Origin: Zygophlyctis sp. KS116
Lineage: Eukaryota > Fungi > Chytridiomycota
NCBI GenBank assembly: GCA_054661495.1
Contig: BAAFSQ010000072.1
Span: 1-32,000 of the forward strand
Reading direction: 5' to 3'
DNA: 32,000 nt
Under the pieces are notes generated by a model that searched no databases, was not told the DNA's origin, and saw only the letters and a program-made list of their open reading frames with translations. A program made the translations under genes and the position numbers. Each line of letters opens with the position of its first letter. Within the stretch, counting starts at the first letter, position 1. Of this stretch, positions 19,969 through 32,000 are shown in pieces.

Positions 19969-20799
19969 ATGAGCAGTTTACAAGATCTGCAGTCAAGGCA
20001 AAGAGGAGAAATCAAAGAATTAACTGCAAAGATCACTGCTCTTCGGAAATCGATTGGAAAAGGAGCCGCCGATAAGAAAAAGAAACAGGAAATCAATGAG
20101 GAAATTGTTAAAATGCAATTAGAGTTGAAGACAAAACATGAAATGGAACTTTCTGCTCATCAGGAATCAATCGCCACAAATCTAAATGTTTCAGAGTCTC
20201 AGGATCTCTCAGGCGATAATAGAAAGGGAAATCGCCAGCAGAAAAGAAGAGAAAAGAAGGCGATGCTGATGAAGCAGGCGTATGAAGAAGCCAAACAAGA
20301 AGCAAGTCAATGCATTAATTATAAAGAATTGGAAGAATCAGAAATTTTGAATCAGTTGAAAAGTTTGAATCTCAGAGTCAAAGAGGTAATCAGTTGTACT
20401 AATCGTTAGATTCAGCCTGATGGGCATTGTTTGTATTCTGCTATAGCTCATCAGTTGGGTCAAGATTTTACTTTTAAAGAAATAAGGAGTTTGGCCGCAA
20501 ATTATTTAAGAAATCATTCAAGTGATTTCATGCCATTTATTATGGGGGATAGCGGCGAAATGCCATCAATGGAAGAGTTTATGGATTATTGTCAAAAGGT
20601 GGAATTTACTGCTGAATGGGGTGGACAAATTGAGCTTCAAGCAATCTCTAATAGTTTAAAGAGGGCTATTCATATTGTACAGATGGGATCCTCAATGTTA
20701 AAGATTGGTGAGGAATTTAATGATAAACCTCCAATTCTTTTATCTTATCATAGGCATGCGTATGGACTTGGAGAACATTATAATTCATTAATAGAATAG
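19969..20799 (+). CDS. OTU2: OTU-domain deubiquitinase OTU2/OTUD6B (2 exons; intron 20386-20409)
   Basis: KE|IQPDGHCLYSAI catalytic motif; WGGQIEL; YHRHAYGLGEHYNS. Confidence 0.93.
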
Positions 20800-20809
20800 A
20801 ATAAAGATT

Positions 20810-23800
20810 TTATATTTTAGATGCTATTTGTAAGATTGTTCTAAAAGGGATATTGTGGATATCTTTTCTAATCTTTTTGGCTCTTTCCACAATATTAGAT
20901 TCCAAATTATTCAAAAAAGTAGCACGTATATCAATAAAGGATAATGGCCAATCATAATAATACATAAAAATCTTGGCTTGAGCAAGGATACAGCTATCGG
21001 TCGTCTCATCAAACTGATCATTCATAATGAGGTGTTTTAAGCATTTCCCAAATCTAGAATCCTCTTCAAGTTCTTCAAAATATTCATAGATTTTAATATC
21101 TACATGTTCCAAAAAGTCTGGCTGAATTAGGCAAGGCTTGAACTTGAAATTTTCCTGCCAGATTGAATCACCAAGATACAAGGCTCCAATAATCTTTAGA
21201 TTCCATAAATCTTGATTATTTAACGATCCAATATCTTGAATTATATGATGAATCCATAAATATACTCTCATGATTCTTGGTCGGTCATTTGCAAGGGAAT
21301 CATAGAGTGTGTTCATACAAAATGTACCAAATTGATCAGAATCTTTATCAGAAATCAAAGATGGATACGCAAAATGTTTTGCAAATGCTACAAATTGAGA
21401 GTTGGCAGAAAGACATCTAATAAAGGAATCTCTGACTCTAACTGACCGTTCGTCATGACTTTTCCGGGGAAACGACATTGCAAAAATTCCTTTAATACCT
21501 TCAGGATCATCAATATAAGAAAGATGTCCAGCACGCTTCTTGATTGGTATTATTTTACTATTGATCACCAAATTTTGATGAATAGTGTTTTCCATTTCCA
21601 ATGAGAAAGGCCAATATCGAGGGCTGTTGAAATCAATATGGGAAATGTAACTACGATCTGGAAGTATACAAGGTGTTATTAAATCGAGTTTCGTGATTCC
21701 ATGAGGATTAACATCGTCCTGGACAGTTACCGTTATTGGAATTGGGCAAATCTCACCCGACTCTACATCTTGGGTAATAAGACATCGCTTGTCAATCGCC
21801 ATAACCCAAAGGTGCCTGAACGCCTGAATATGGAATCTATTATCATCTGAACTTGAGGGAAACTTTGGGTAAAATGCACAAATCATCGCTGCAATTGCAC
21901 GATTTGAAGTCCCAATTGTAAATTCACCACCTCCTATGAATAATAATCCCATAGACATATTAGTCACCAGATGATTTCCATAAGTACTAGTAGCATTAAC
22001 GCTGTTGTACCGTGCTTCTAAAATAGAAAAAATTGTCAAATTGCCAGTACCGGCCATTACAATTGACATAGCAAGTACAAGACAGTCCATAAATGCCTTA
22101 TGCTGAGCATTCATAAGTCGGCAAGCATATGTGACTCCTATTTTCAATGTTAAATAAATATACCGGTTACTTTAAGTTCATCAAAGATGTTATAATAGTA
22201 ATGAATAGTTTCAAAGGCAGATTTATTGCAAGATCCAGCGAAGCGTAATGCTATTGAATAACAACATCCAGCGACAATAGCTTCGTATGCTTGCATACTA
22301 GCGATCATATCCTCTTTGAAGCTTCGCTCATCTTCCAAAAATCGTAAGAAAGGAGGTAGAGCCATTGTCACCCATTGTTTTGAAGGACGAATGTCGTCCC
22401 ACATTATCAAATTTCGTGATAATATTCGCAAGACTATTAAATCTGGAGGTATTCGATCCAATTGATGAACTGTCTGTGGTACAAAAAGCTTTTCAGCCAC
22501 AGCTTTTTGATGCGTTCTGAGATAAATCAATCCCAGGGCGACCGTACAGCCATGCAGGGCAGTTGAAAAATCATTATTATGAACAACTTTAAGAAGTTTG
22601 GTGGTTATTTGCATATCAGAAAGTCCGGCCCCGCTTGACACCTTCCCAAGAATGATGAGACCCTAATTTTTAAGTATATTGGTTAATTACCAAAGTGATC
22701 CCGCAACTTAGAGTGTACATTTCATCTTTTCCAGCGATTAACAGTTCTTTTAGAGAGCATTCTGCTAGAGTTCGGTTCATTGAGCCTTCAAAAACCCACC
22801 CAAGACTTAAAAGACTAACCGATTGAGTCATGATCGATATATTTAAAGGTGCAGCATTTGGGGGAAGCAAACCTTGAATATGAATACTTAAAAGTTTCAT
22901 TATTGAGGGGTCTTTAGATCCAATATAAGAGGTGGCCAATCCTAAAGTTAAGCCCACCGAAATGATGCTGTCTTTGCATATCAAATAGCTGTAAACATCC
23001 ATGGCGTTTAGAGTTTTCAAATATCCATTCAAGCCAAGACCTAGAAGGAAACCAGCATGTTTACTACTCGATGAAATCACCGAATCATCAGTTGGTAATA
23101 TTTGATTAAAACCTATCCAAGACGAATCAATAACAGGATTATTTTCTCTTATACTCAGACCAGAAGCTACACCATTATGAAATTCCGGCCATTCCTTGAA
23201 GTTTGAATCAGAATTCGAAATGTCGAATTCCACTAAAGAATTCAATGGAGGTAGCTTGGCAGACAAAGAAATTGATGGTATAACAATTTTTTCCGTAGAT
23301 TCGGCATTTTTAGTCTGAAACATGACCAATCCACGACCAAAAGACAAACTCAAAGTCCGATTTGAAAGAAATTTCAAATTCTGTTGCTGCAAAGACGTTA
23401 TTTCATTATCACTTTCGATTAAAACAATAATAAACTACCTCAAGCCGGGTACAACCTCGAATTCATAGACTAGAGGCTTCGCGGCCGTTAAATATCCTAG
23501 AAGCCTTTGAAGGCGATCGTCGATGTTAAATCTAAGATTTGAAACAATGTGGTCCCTCAAATCGAGATCATCAACAGCTTTCGATACATTTTTACGACCC
23601 CTTTGCAAACTCGATTCATAAAGTGATCCGATATGAGATACCTGTAGTCAATTTAATGCAAAGAACATACCTCATCTTGCTCAATTGTATTATTTAGTCC
23701 TCTTATTTGATGACCAGTAAATAACTTTGCCAGATCCTCCCTTTCAATCAAAATATAGGCTTCGACTGGCCAATCCCCCGGTGGATCGACTTTACATGCA

Positions 23801-25589
23801 TATAAAGATTCTTGAAGGAATAATGATACACCAGAAGGAAGCGCATCAAGATCGTTTAATGTAAAACTTCTTTTAGCCATCTCCAAAACAACCTTTTGAG
23901 GGCCGCTATGAAAAAAGGCCTTGAAAAAAGAAACGAGATTGTCAAGTTCGCGTATGCAAGTCTTGGAAATATTGAAATCATCAACCTTTAAAAGTTTTCC
24001 ATCTTTCAATACAGAATATACCCATTTGAAAACACTAAAGGGCTGTATATTTAGTTGATTCTCCGTTCTAATTAAATCCACTAAGATTAATTATAATTTC
24101 TAGTAGTACCGTGAACCCCATCAAAACGATAGTATTCTAAAAACTTATGTGCTCCAATAACCGATGCAATCCCATAAAGAAACTCTCCCATTTCAATTAA
24201 GTACTTATGCAACAGAATATTCAATTTTAAACTTTCGTATACCAATTGGAACGAAACCAACAATATTTTCAAATCATCGACTTGCAAAATCAACCGACTC
24301 TGTAATTCCTTTTGTAAAGACTGAGAACTATTAAATAAATTTTGAAACCTCCCAAACTTTCTAGAAATTTTCAGAGCTGAAATCACAGATGCTGGAATCT
24401 TTCCTTGTATATCTGCAATTTTCTTTGAACCTTTCCCAATATTCTGCAAATGGTTTTTTAAATCCACAAATGAAAAGAATGAAATCACAAAATTCCCAAA
24501 TTCATCCTCCTCCTTTAAACTCTTGTATTGACTAGAAAAATGAAAGTTTTGAAATCTTTTAATAATTGCAGATTCTTTTGAAATTTCTAATTGACCTTGA
24601 ATCCCATCCAACAACCTTTTTAAAAGAGTAGATTTACAAGAAAAATCTAATTTTGCTTTATAAGCAATGCCATCTGAAAATACAATCTTTACAGAATCTT
24701 GATAATCTTTCAGCTCTTGTAATTCCACAATTTTTGCCTTTTTCTCTAAACAAGATTCCTCTAAACTCCTCTTTCTAGGCAAACTAAAATAAAAATCTCT
24801 AGGAAGGAAAACTGAATTTATCCCATAATATTGACTCCACAGCATCAAATCCCCTCCATTTTTCAGTATTAATACATCATAATCTTGACTTGTAGTAGCC
24901 TTTATTAGAGCCGCATCTAGACAAGATTCAGAAATAAATAATTCTTTAGAGTGAACCTTGTATCCCTTTAACTCTTGATTAGAAAGAACCCAAAAAATTG
25001 TCTGTTCCTTGAAAGAGCTCACAAAAACCTTTTTTACATTTTCCAACGTATTAATCTCTAATGACATTAATAATTCCATTCCCATTTTTGATCGTGTATC
25101 TCCTAGTGCATTTGAAATAGATTCCTTTAGTCCATACACTGGAGAAGATCTATGAATAGAGTAATTTCGATCCAAAACTCTTCCTGGTCCGATTAATTCC
25201 TTGTATTCCCATAGATGTAAAAAAGATTCATCTCTAGTAGATATAAATATTTTCCCAATATCTTGTACATTAAGAATAGAATCATTAAATTTCATAAATT
25301 CCTTGTTTGCCAACGATAGAGGAACCCATTTGATCTCTTGCAACGCATGGTTCCATGAGAAAAGAAACGGAATTTGAGACGTACAGTCTTCATTTGCCTC
25401 TGGTTTCCTCCACAGTAGCAGAGTTGACGAAATAGTCCAGGCCTTTTCTAGTAGAAATGGAACATTTGCTTCAATTGTACTTCCGTCATTGTAATAAAAT
25501 GTACAAGAATCAGTGTCAAAAACAACTCTAAATTCTGAATTTGTTCCACTGTCGTGCTCTTGCAGTGCGGCGAGTTGAGTGATTTCCAT
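20810..25589 (-). CDS. APC1: Anaphase-promoting complex subunit 1 (6 exons, about 1546 aa)
   Basis: WPVEAYILIEREDL; WPEFHNGVASGL; HAGFLLGLGLNG; VMAGTGNL; DNRFHIQAFRHLW. Introns 24081-24109, 23642-23670, 23412-23438, 22663-22690, 22138-22163. Confidence 0.95.
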
Positions 25590-25676
25590 TGCGTAAACTG
25601 GAAATTGAAATCGTTCTAAAAGCTTATAAGAATGCTGTAATACACTCTTTTATAAAATTACGTCTCAAGATTGTAT

Positions 25677-28600
25677 TTAATCATACTTGATCTTAACAAG
25701 TAAAACTTCCTCTGAACGATCATGCTCGTCATTCAAAAATATATACACTTCTGTTCCAATACTCCAACAAGGGAGAAATACTAGTCCAATGTATTTTGAG
25801 GCTCCAGGCTCTAAATCTAAAAATGGTTCTTTGAATGTAACCAAGTCTTCTGAGTCAGTTTTAAGATATAAAATCTTTCTAGTTGCATAGGGATTTGTAT
25901 AAGATACTCTCTATGCATTTAGTAAATTTCATTAATTATACCTTTGAATTTGTTTTTCCTTTTTTACATTTAATATCAAAAGACTTTGTGATTTTTGGTG
26001 CATGAGAACGGGATATAATCATCCAACTACTTAATAGACTTTTGGTTTGAACATCTACAATATTTAAAATAGACTGCTGGACGATTGCTGATTTGGGACG
26101 GAGTAAAAGTCCAATTTCATTCAAGGAATTTCCATTTAGTATAAAAGGTCCAAGAGATGATATTGCCAATTCTAAAGGCTGATTGGAATAACATTGAACA
26201 GGTCGAGAAATAGGACCGCCTTTAACAATTAGAGTAGCTTCGTTGGTTTGTCCCATAATGCAAGAAACATCAAGCCTAGGGGTATTTACAAATCCAAAAT
26301 GTACCTTTGAAGAGAGTGAATAAAAACTCGCCAGATTTGTGCCAAAACTGTACAGTTTGGATCATAATATAAAAGGAAATAGATAGCCTCTGTGTTTGGA
26401 GATGACATTGTCTTGTATTTGAACTTCAAATCTAGACTGTTGCTATTTTTCTATCATATTAAGGTTATAAAGGCATACAGTCGACTCTGAGAGAGAACAA
26501 ATCACATCTGGATGACTACATCGAAGATATCTTTTAGAAGGTTTTGATGAATCATGAATAATTCCATTTTGGTTCGAATGAGTTATAGGAATTTTAATAT
26601 TCTTTCGAATGTAATCGTTTTCAGAACAGAAAAAGCGAGTAGTTTTGTCAACAAAGTAGTATCTGGGGCTAATATTCAATTCTAAAACAGCCATAAGCTT
26701 ATTGTTCACATTTACAAAAGAAACCTAAATTTAAGTAAAGCTTGATTTAAACCTCTATTTTCCTAGCAGAAATGCCATCTTCGTATACTTCCCCCAATTT
26801 GCGTCGAGCAGAAAGAATATTGTCCTGACTTCCAATCAATCCGCTACAAAAGCTTTGAAAAACAAAGGGAATACTCAGCGTTTCATTCGGAAGAAGGTAG
26901 ACCTGAGGGATTCCATCTGCACGCTCCCCGATTAATCTGCTTTCCGTGCCTCCTTGTAACCCATGAATCCTTCTTAAGAAATTCCATTCTGACCAATCTT
27001 TTACAAGTCTACAATCAGAATAGAAAAAATACCTTAGTTCTTGATCTTTGAATAAAATCTCAAAATTATGCTCAACATTATATGGGTTCGTAAATCTGTA
27101 CTCAAAATAAACGACTTGTCCAAATGATGCTATAATAACCTGCTTGGTAGTAATTTGCTGCTTCAGGAAATTTTCGACGACGCTTTTTTTCTTCCTCTCC
27201 CTGAAAATGTCCATGGTATGCAAATCTCGACTACGCTCATCACGAGTAAGGTTGTAAAGTGAGCTTTTGCTATTTTCCTAATATCAGCATAAATTGAACT
27301 CACAGAAGAATGTGAAACTTGATTATTTTCTATACCAATAATTCTTCTAGTCATCCCAAGCTTCTTCAATTTATCAGAGTGAAGGGTATTTTCCTGCGCT
27401 GCATGGCCCTTTTTTATCGCTCTCTCCTGATGGCTTTCGTCTAGTATATTCTTGAGTTCCATATCAATTTCCGGGACCTATAAATTAAGCATAACATATC
27501 TAATACTCTATGAGGATGCATTAATAAATTTTCATGATGCAATATACTATAATGATAATCCGGAAGAACAACAGAATAGCTGGAACACAATTTTTGTGCA
27601 TCTCTGGAATACGTCAAAGAAGAAGACAGTCGATCTTGACTTTTACCAATATTGGTCAATCTAACGTGAAGTTTTCCAAGATTCAAAGCTGTCGGGTTTC
27701 CCGACATCGCTCCAAGTGCAGGGCCACTAGCTATGCTCAACTGTGAAGATATTGACGAAGATTGCGTCATGGTGGGATTATGATCATCTGTAATCTAAAG
27801 TTAATCAGTCTAAATTACGCCATTCCATATAATGTCAATGTCCTCATCAATTGTTACACCTGCCCGCCCCTGCCGAAGAATGGCCCTTAGTGGTATAGCA
27901 CAGGAGCCAATATGAAGTAAAGAGTCTCCATCCCACACATCTACAAAAACTTCATTTTCAGACATATAATTAGCAATGGCCTCTGGCCCATAACGCATAT
28001 TTCCTGTGGAAGAGGGGGCCTCATTTCTGGAATCAATTAAATGGCTTAATTCGCATCCTGGAGCCTTGCCGTCTAAATAAAATGAGCAAATCAAAGATTA
28101 CAATTCGGAGTTCCGTCTTCCTCATATGTGTATAAAATTCCAGGCCATATATGTTCATCCTTTAAGTTTTCTTCTGGCAAATAATTTCGCATAGATCTTT
28201 GAGAAACATGAGACCACGTTCTCGCATGCTGTTTACCTTTTGGCGGAACGGATGAACTGCGATGATGAGCTTCTTCCTTAGCTCTAGCAGAAGCAGGCAA
28301 ACCTCCAGTATAGAGGTGAAGTCGTTCTGTTGTCGAATGAGGGAAATTAAAGAATTGCTGAGTAAAAAAAACGCTTGAAGGAGAAAGTCCTTTTGATAAA
28401 TTAAAATCTTATCTTACCACCAAAATGTTCAAATAAATCGGAATTAAAAGTAATTCCCATGTAAAGCATGTGAATATCATTAAATCGAAGGTCCTTTTTT
28501 TCTAAATCAAAGTCAATTCGGATACTATGAATATTTCTAAATGTCGATCCAACTTGTATTGGGCGATGACCATCTTCGTCAAGAAGAACATCAAATCCTG

Positions 28601-30493
28601 CATTGAGAAGTCTGGCCTTTTCAACCCGTGATAAGGAGCTACTAGATGTTTTTTTAGGAGCAGGAAAATGTGCAAATTCACCTGTATTCAGATTATTTTC
28701 ATATATTTCTTGCTCCTCTGGCTCGTCATCTATTGAATCATGTTTCTGTTTTGGCAACGGTGGCGGGTTGAGTTCAGCGAAATCGGTCAGTGATAATTGC
28801 AGAGGAGATGTTGCGTCATCAACCATTTCTTTATGCTCAGCAATTGATGAGAACATTATTGGAGAGCCTAAGATTAATATGAAAATATAAATTACCTCTT
28901 ATACTCGATGCTGGAGGATATGTTTCATCATGAAAGTTAAAGAGCGTGGTTAAATATTGATCTTCCTTTGAATCTAAACTTTTTTCAGCACTGTCAGAAG
29001 ACTGTTTATTACTTTTAGGAGCATAAATCAGCGATCCAAATGGATTATGAGTTGAAGTGGTTTCTACTGGGACTTCTAAATAGCGATCAATAAAGGAATC
29101 ACAAATTCCCCATGAGCTCCATCCACAGCATACCAGTTTTTCAACAAACTGCTTCTCTGCTGGTTCTTTTGGGGCTTTTGTGAATGTTTCAACCAAGGCA
29201 CTTAGACCTGTCTTTTTTTCTACTGCCCCTTTAATAGTCAACTGAATTTTGTATTCAATCATAAAAACAAGCGCCATTCCCCACTCTTGTTTCACATACG
29301 AAGGGAGTTCTAACTGTCCATGATAAACCAAATCTGTTCCAAATCCCTTCTCATCAACACTTGGGACTAAATTTGCCAGAGTCAGCTCATCAATAAAAGT
29401 TTTAGAATTATGAAAACCAACATGAATTCTTCGTTCCTGGACAGTAGGAAGAACCAAATTCCCCTTCTCATCAGTCAACATTGACGACGGATTAGATTCA
29501 AAATATCCCAAAGCAACTTTTTCCAAAAGACGAGTTTCATATTCTTCAATTGAAGGGGCAATTCTAATTCGAAGCTTTTAAATTATTTCAAAAAAAATAC
29601 ATTTGAAAGAGTAGCAATTTGAGTGGGTTTTGGAATAATTTCTCTTGAAGTCAGAGACTCAAATCCAGGAATACGATCTCCTGGTGCTATCCAAGAATTT
29701 TCATTCCATAAATGACAAGCACCTCTGACATCAGGCCGTGCAATAAATCTAAAGCTTAAAGCAGCACCTGTAGAAATCGACAAACCAGGAAATCCTTCTA
29801 CTGCACCCATTAAAAGCGGACCAACTAGAGAAACAGCTCTTGGAGTTCCATGAAAGACTGGAATTCTAAATTTAACTTTTCAAATATACGATTTAATCCC
29901 TTCATCAACTTCTTTTTCTTCATTTGTCCAAATTTCTGTATCTAATCCACCTTTTGCAACATTAAATGGATAAAAAAACGTCCAACCTATCGAGTATTCT
30001 CTGGATTCTTTTTTATAAATACAATAAATTTACCATTAACAAGAATAAATTCAAGAATAATCAATACCTTTTTAGCCGTTACACTTGTATGTAGATAAAA
30101 CGTGAAATTTTTAAAAGTAATAGATACTTTTTCTTCTCTACTTCCATCCCCAAAACCAGAAGATTTTAAATTTTCAAATTCAACATTTGCAGATTTGCCC
30201 TGTCCTTGTTTTAAATTAATTCCTACCCGTGAATATCATTAATTACCAGAACTAGTAAAAGTATTTCCAAAAAATGCCATTAAATCCAGATCAAACATTG
30301 ATATTTTTATCTTTAGAAAAGAGTCTGAATGCTTATTAGACATTTCTATTGCAGCCTTTGACATTACATTTAGACTTAGAGAGGATAATCCCAATTGATA
30401 AGGATATTTTTTACTTTTTCCTGATGTGACTATTGCATTTTCCTGTAATAAATTCCTTTTCCAGCTTTCGAGACAAGATTCTGTTGAGAGCAT
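25677..30493 (-). CDS. NPHP4: Nephrocystin-4, ciliary transition-zone protein (16 exons, about 1470 aa)
   Basis: SMFD..FFGNT; FHGTPRA; ERRIHVGFHN; DVWDGDSLLHIG; LRQGR; FEYRFTNPY; YTNPY. Fifteen introns of 24-31 nt give an intact frame from ATG 30493 to the stop at 25677. Confidence 0.9.
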
Positions 30494-30594
30494 AACGCGA
30501 AAATTTTCTGTAAAATTTTTTCTGAAAAGAAAATTTTCGTTTCGAAATTTTGTCAATCAGGAATCTGGCTAGGTCTGCGTTTAAAAAAGTACAC

Positions 30595-30976
30595 ATGATG
30601 AGTAGTCAGTCTTCCCAACACATAATTCTCCTATTACAACTTATCCCTGGAGATGAAACCTCAAAAGTCTGGTCAGAATATACTTGTGTGTCTCTGGCCT
30701 GTGAAAGTAAGTTTCTAGTACTAAGAAAAGGCTTAATATCAATGTATGAAAAAAGATTAAAACAGATAAATCCAGGAGTTAGAAATATTCAATATAATGT
30801 CAAAGACTTTAATAATTACTTGGATCATATGGGTGATGCTTGTGCGTTAGTGTAAATATTGCGTATCTAAGTAAATTAGTTTTGATTCCAGCAGTTTCTC
30901 ATACCAGCCACACGATAGAGAATGGCTAAAGTCTAGAGTATTACAATCTTTTATGAAGATGGCGTCTGGAAAATAA
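30595..30976 (+). CDS. ERH: Enhancer of rudimentary homolog (3 exons; introns 30707-30730, 30852-30879)
   Basis: HIILLLQ; MYEKRLKQINP..RNIQYNVKDF..YLD; YQPHDREWLKSRV. Start is ATG 30595 or 30598. Confidence 0.92.
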
Positions 30977-31152
30977 GCTTTAAAGTCCAAGGGTTTCATT
31001 GAATTTATTAGGTTTGTTTTTAAAAATTTTGCGATTTTTGAATTTTCTTTGAGATGTAAATTAATAAATTCTGAGTTTTTCTGAGAGATTTGAGATTTTT
31101 AAAAATTGTACAAGGTTTAGAGTACTCCATTTGAGAAATTTCTCAATAATTT

Positions 31153-32000
31153 ATGGATCTGCAAAACTTGCTCAAACAGTGGAAATCAACTCCAAAAGGG
31201 AAAAATTCAAAAGATTATCATGAATTTTTAGGGAAATCAAGAGAATTTATAGAATCAATGTTTATGGATTCTTTTAATAATAATCTCATGGTTGCAGAGT
31301 ATAAATTACTCGCTTCCCATTTGTGTTTCATGAAGGAAGATGAAGAGTATTTAGTGAAATTCTTGGATTTTGTTGAAATATGTTTAAAATTCAATAATCA
31401 AAACGAAACTCTCAATTTTCTAAAGGATTCTCTAGGGACAATTGGAAATAATTTCAATTTTTCTATTAAACTGTTGGAAAAAATATCTAAAATATCTAAA
31501 ATTTCTCTAGAAAGAAATGATTTTCAGGCTTTAAATGTTTTATGGAAAACTATAATCAAATTGATAACAAGAGATATAGCAGTAGACATAAAGTACTTTC
31601 TATTTAAAAATGCATTCATGGATCAATTAGAAATTTTGTTGAAAAACAAGGATTTGGATCCAAAGAAATATTATGGGCTTATTGCTTTTTATTTAGGACA
31701 CTTGAACGCTTTTGTAAAGTTTTCTGCAAGCGTTTTAGTTGAGGAAGAAATTGTAATTGGATTTCTAATTTCAACTGGGTAAATTGTGTTTAGTTTGAAT
31801 TTTTAGAGAAAGTGTGTTTAATTCTCTGGAATTAAAGATGGAGAATGGAAAGTTTGAAACGCTTCTAGTTGGATTGCAGTAATCGTTTCTTTTACTAATC
31901 TAAAGATGTATTGTTTCCTGTTTTATGCAGCAACCAGCTCTGCAAGACTCACAAAAGATTTTATTAGTTAATAAGATTCTTCAGGGGGGATGCGCAAATG
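31153..32000 (+). CDS. Hypothetical alpha-helical protein, 5' part (weak resemblance to FIRRM/C1orf112/FLIP)
   Basis: Introns 31779-31806 and 31879-31905 keep the frame open to the window end. LNVLWKTIIKL and FYL motifs recall the FIRRM/FLIP family, from memory only. Confidence 0.6.

Noticed and set aside
955-31905. Fragmented ORFs read as pseudogenes, frameshifting or a reassigned stop codon
   Set aside because: Almost every break is resolved by a short GT-AG intron that restores conserved motifs under the standard code. TAA, TAG and TGA all serve as true stops.
1-32000. tRNA, rRNA, spliceosomal snRNA or U12-type (AT-AC) introns
   Set aside because: None recognised; intergenic spaces are tiny and all reconstructed introns are GT-AG.

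Overview
AT-rich eukaryotic nuclear DNA, very probably from a zoosporic (chytrid-like) fungus. The taxon is inferred from fungal-type Sec24/Vms1/Ubc12/GPI18 occurring together with flagellar genes (IQCA1/DRC11, NPHP4, PIERCE), nicastrin, ERH and RPAP3. The window is almost fully packed with about 18 protein genes: RPAP3-like (5' part), an orphan P-loop-like ORF, VMS1, SEC24, a GH20 hexosaminidase, UBC12, PIERCE1-like, nicastrin, mitochondrial IF3, two orphan genes, IQCA1, GPI18/PIGV, OTU2, APC1, NPHP4, ERH and a partial unknown gene. The ORF track looks fragmented because the genes are split by about 80 hand-reconstructed GT-AG introns; all but two are 24-32 nt, with degenerate signals and frequent AAG acceptors. 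The two long introns (89 and 86 nt) look structured: one has a 16-bp hairpin, the other box C/D-like motifs. Packing is extreme: convergent stop codons overlap or abut (-4, 0, 8, 10 nt), one same-strand pair overlaps as TGATG, and one divergent pair has 26 bp between ATGs. A TGATTGACAA motif recurs upstream of ciliary genes. No rRNA, tRNA, CRISPR or recognisable transposon was seen. All intron calls are manual and lack transcript evidence.
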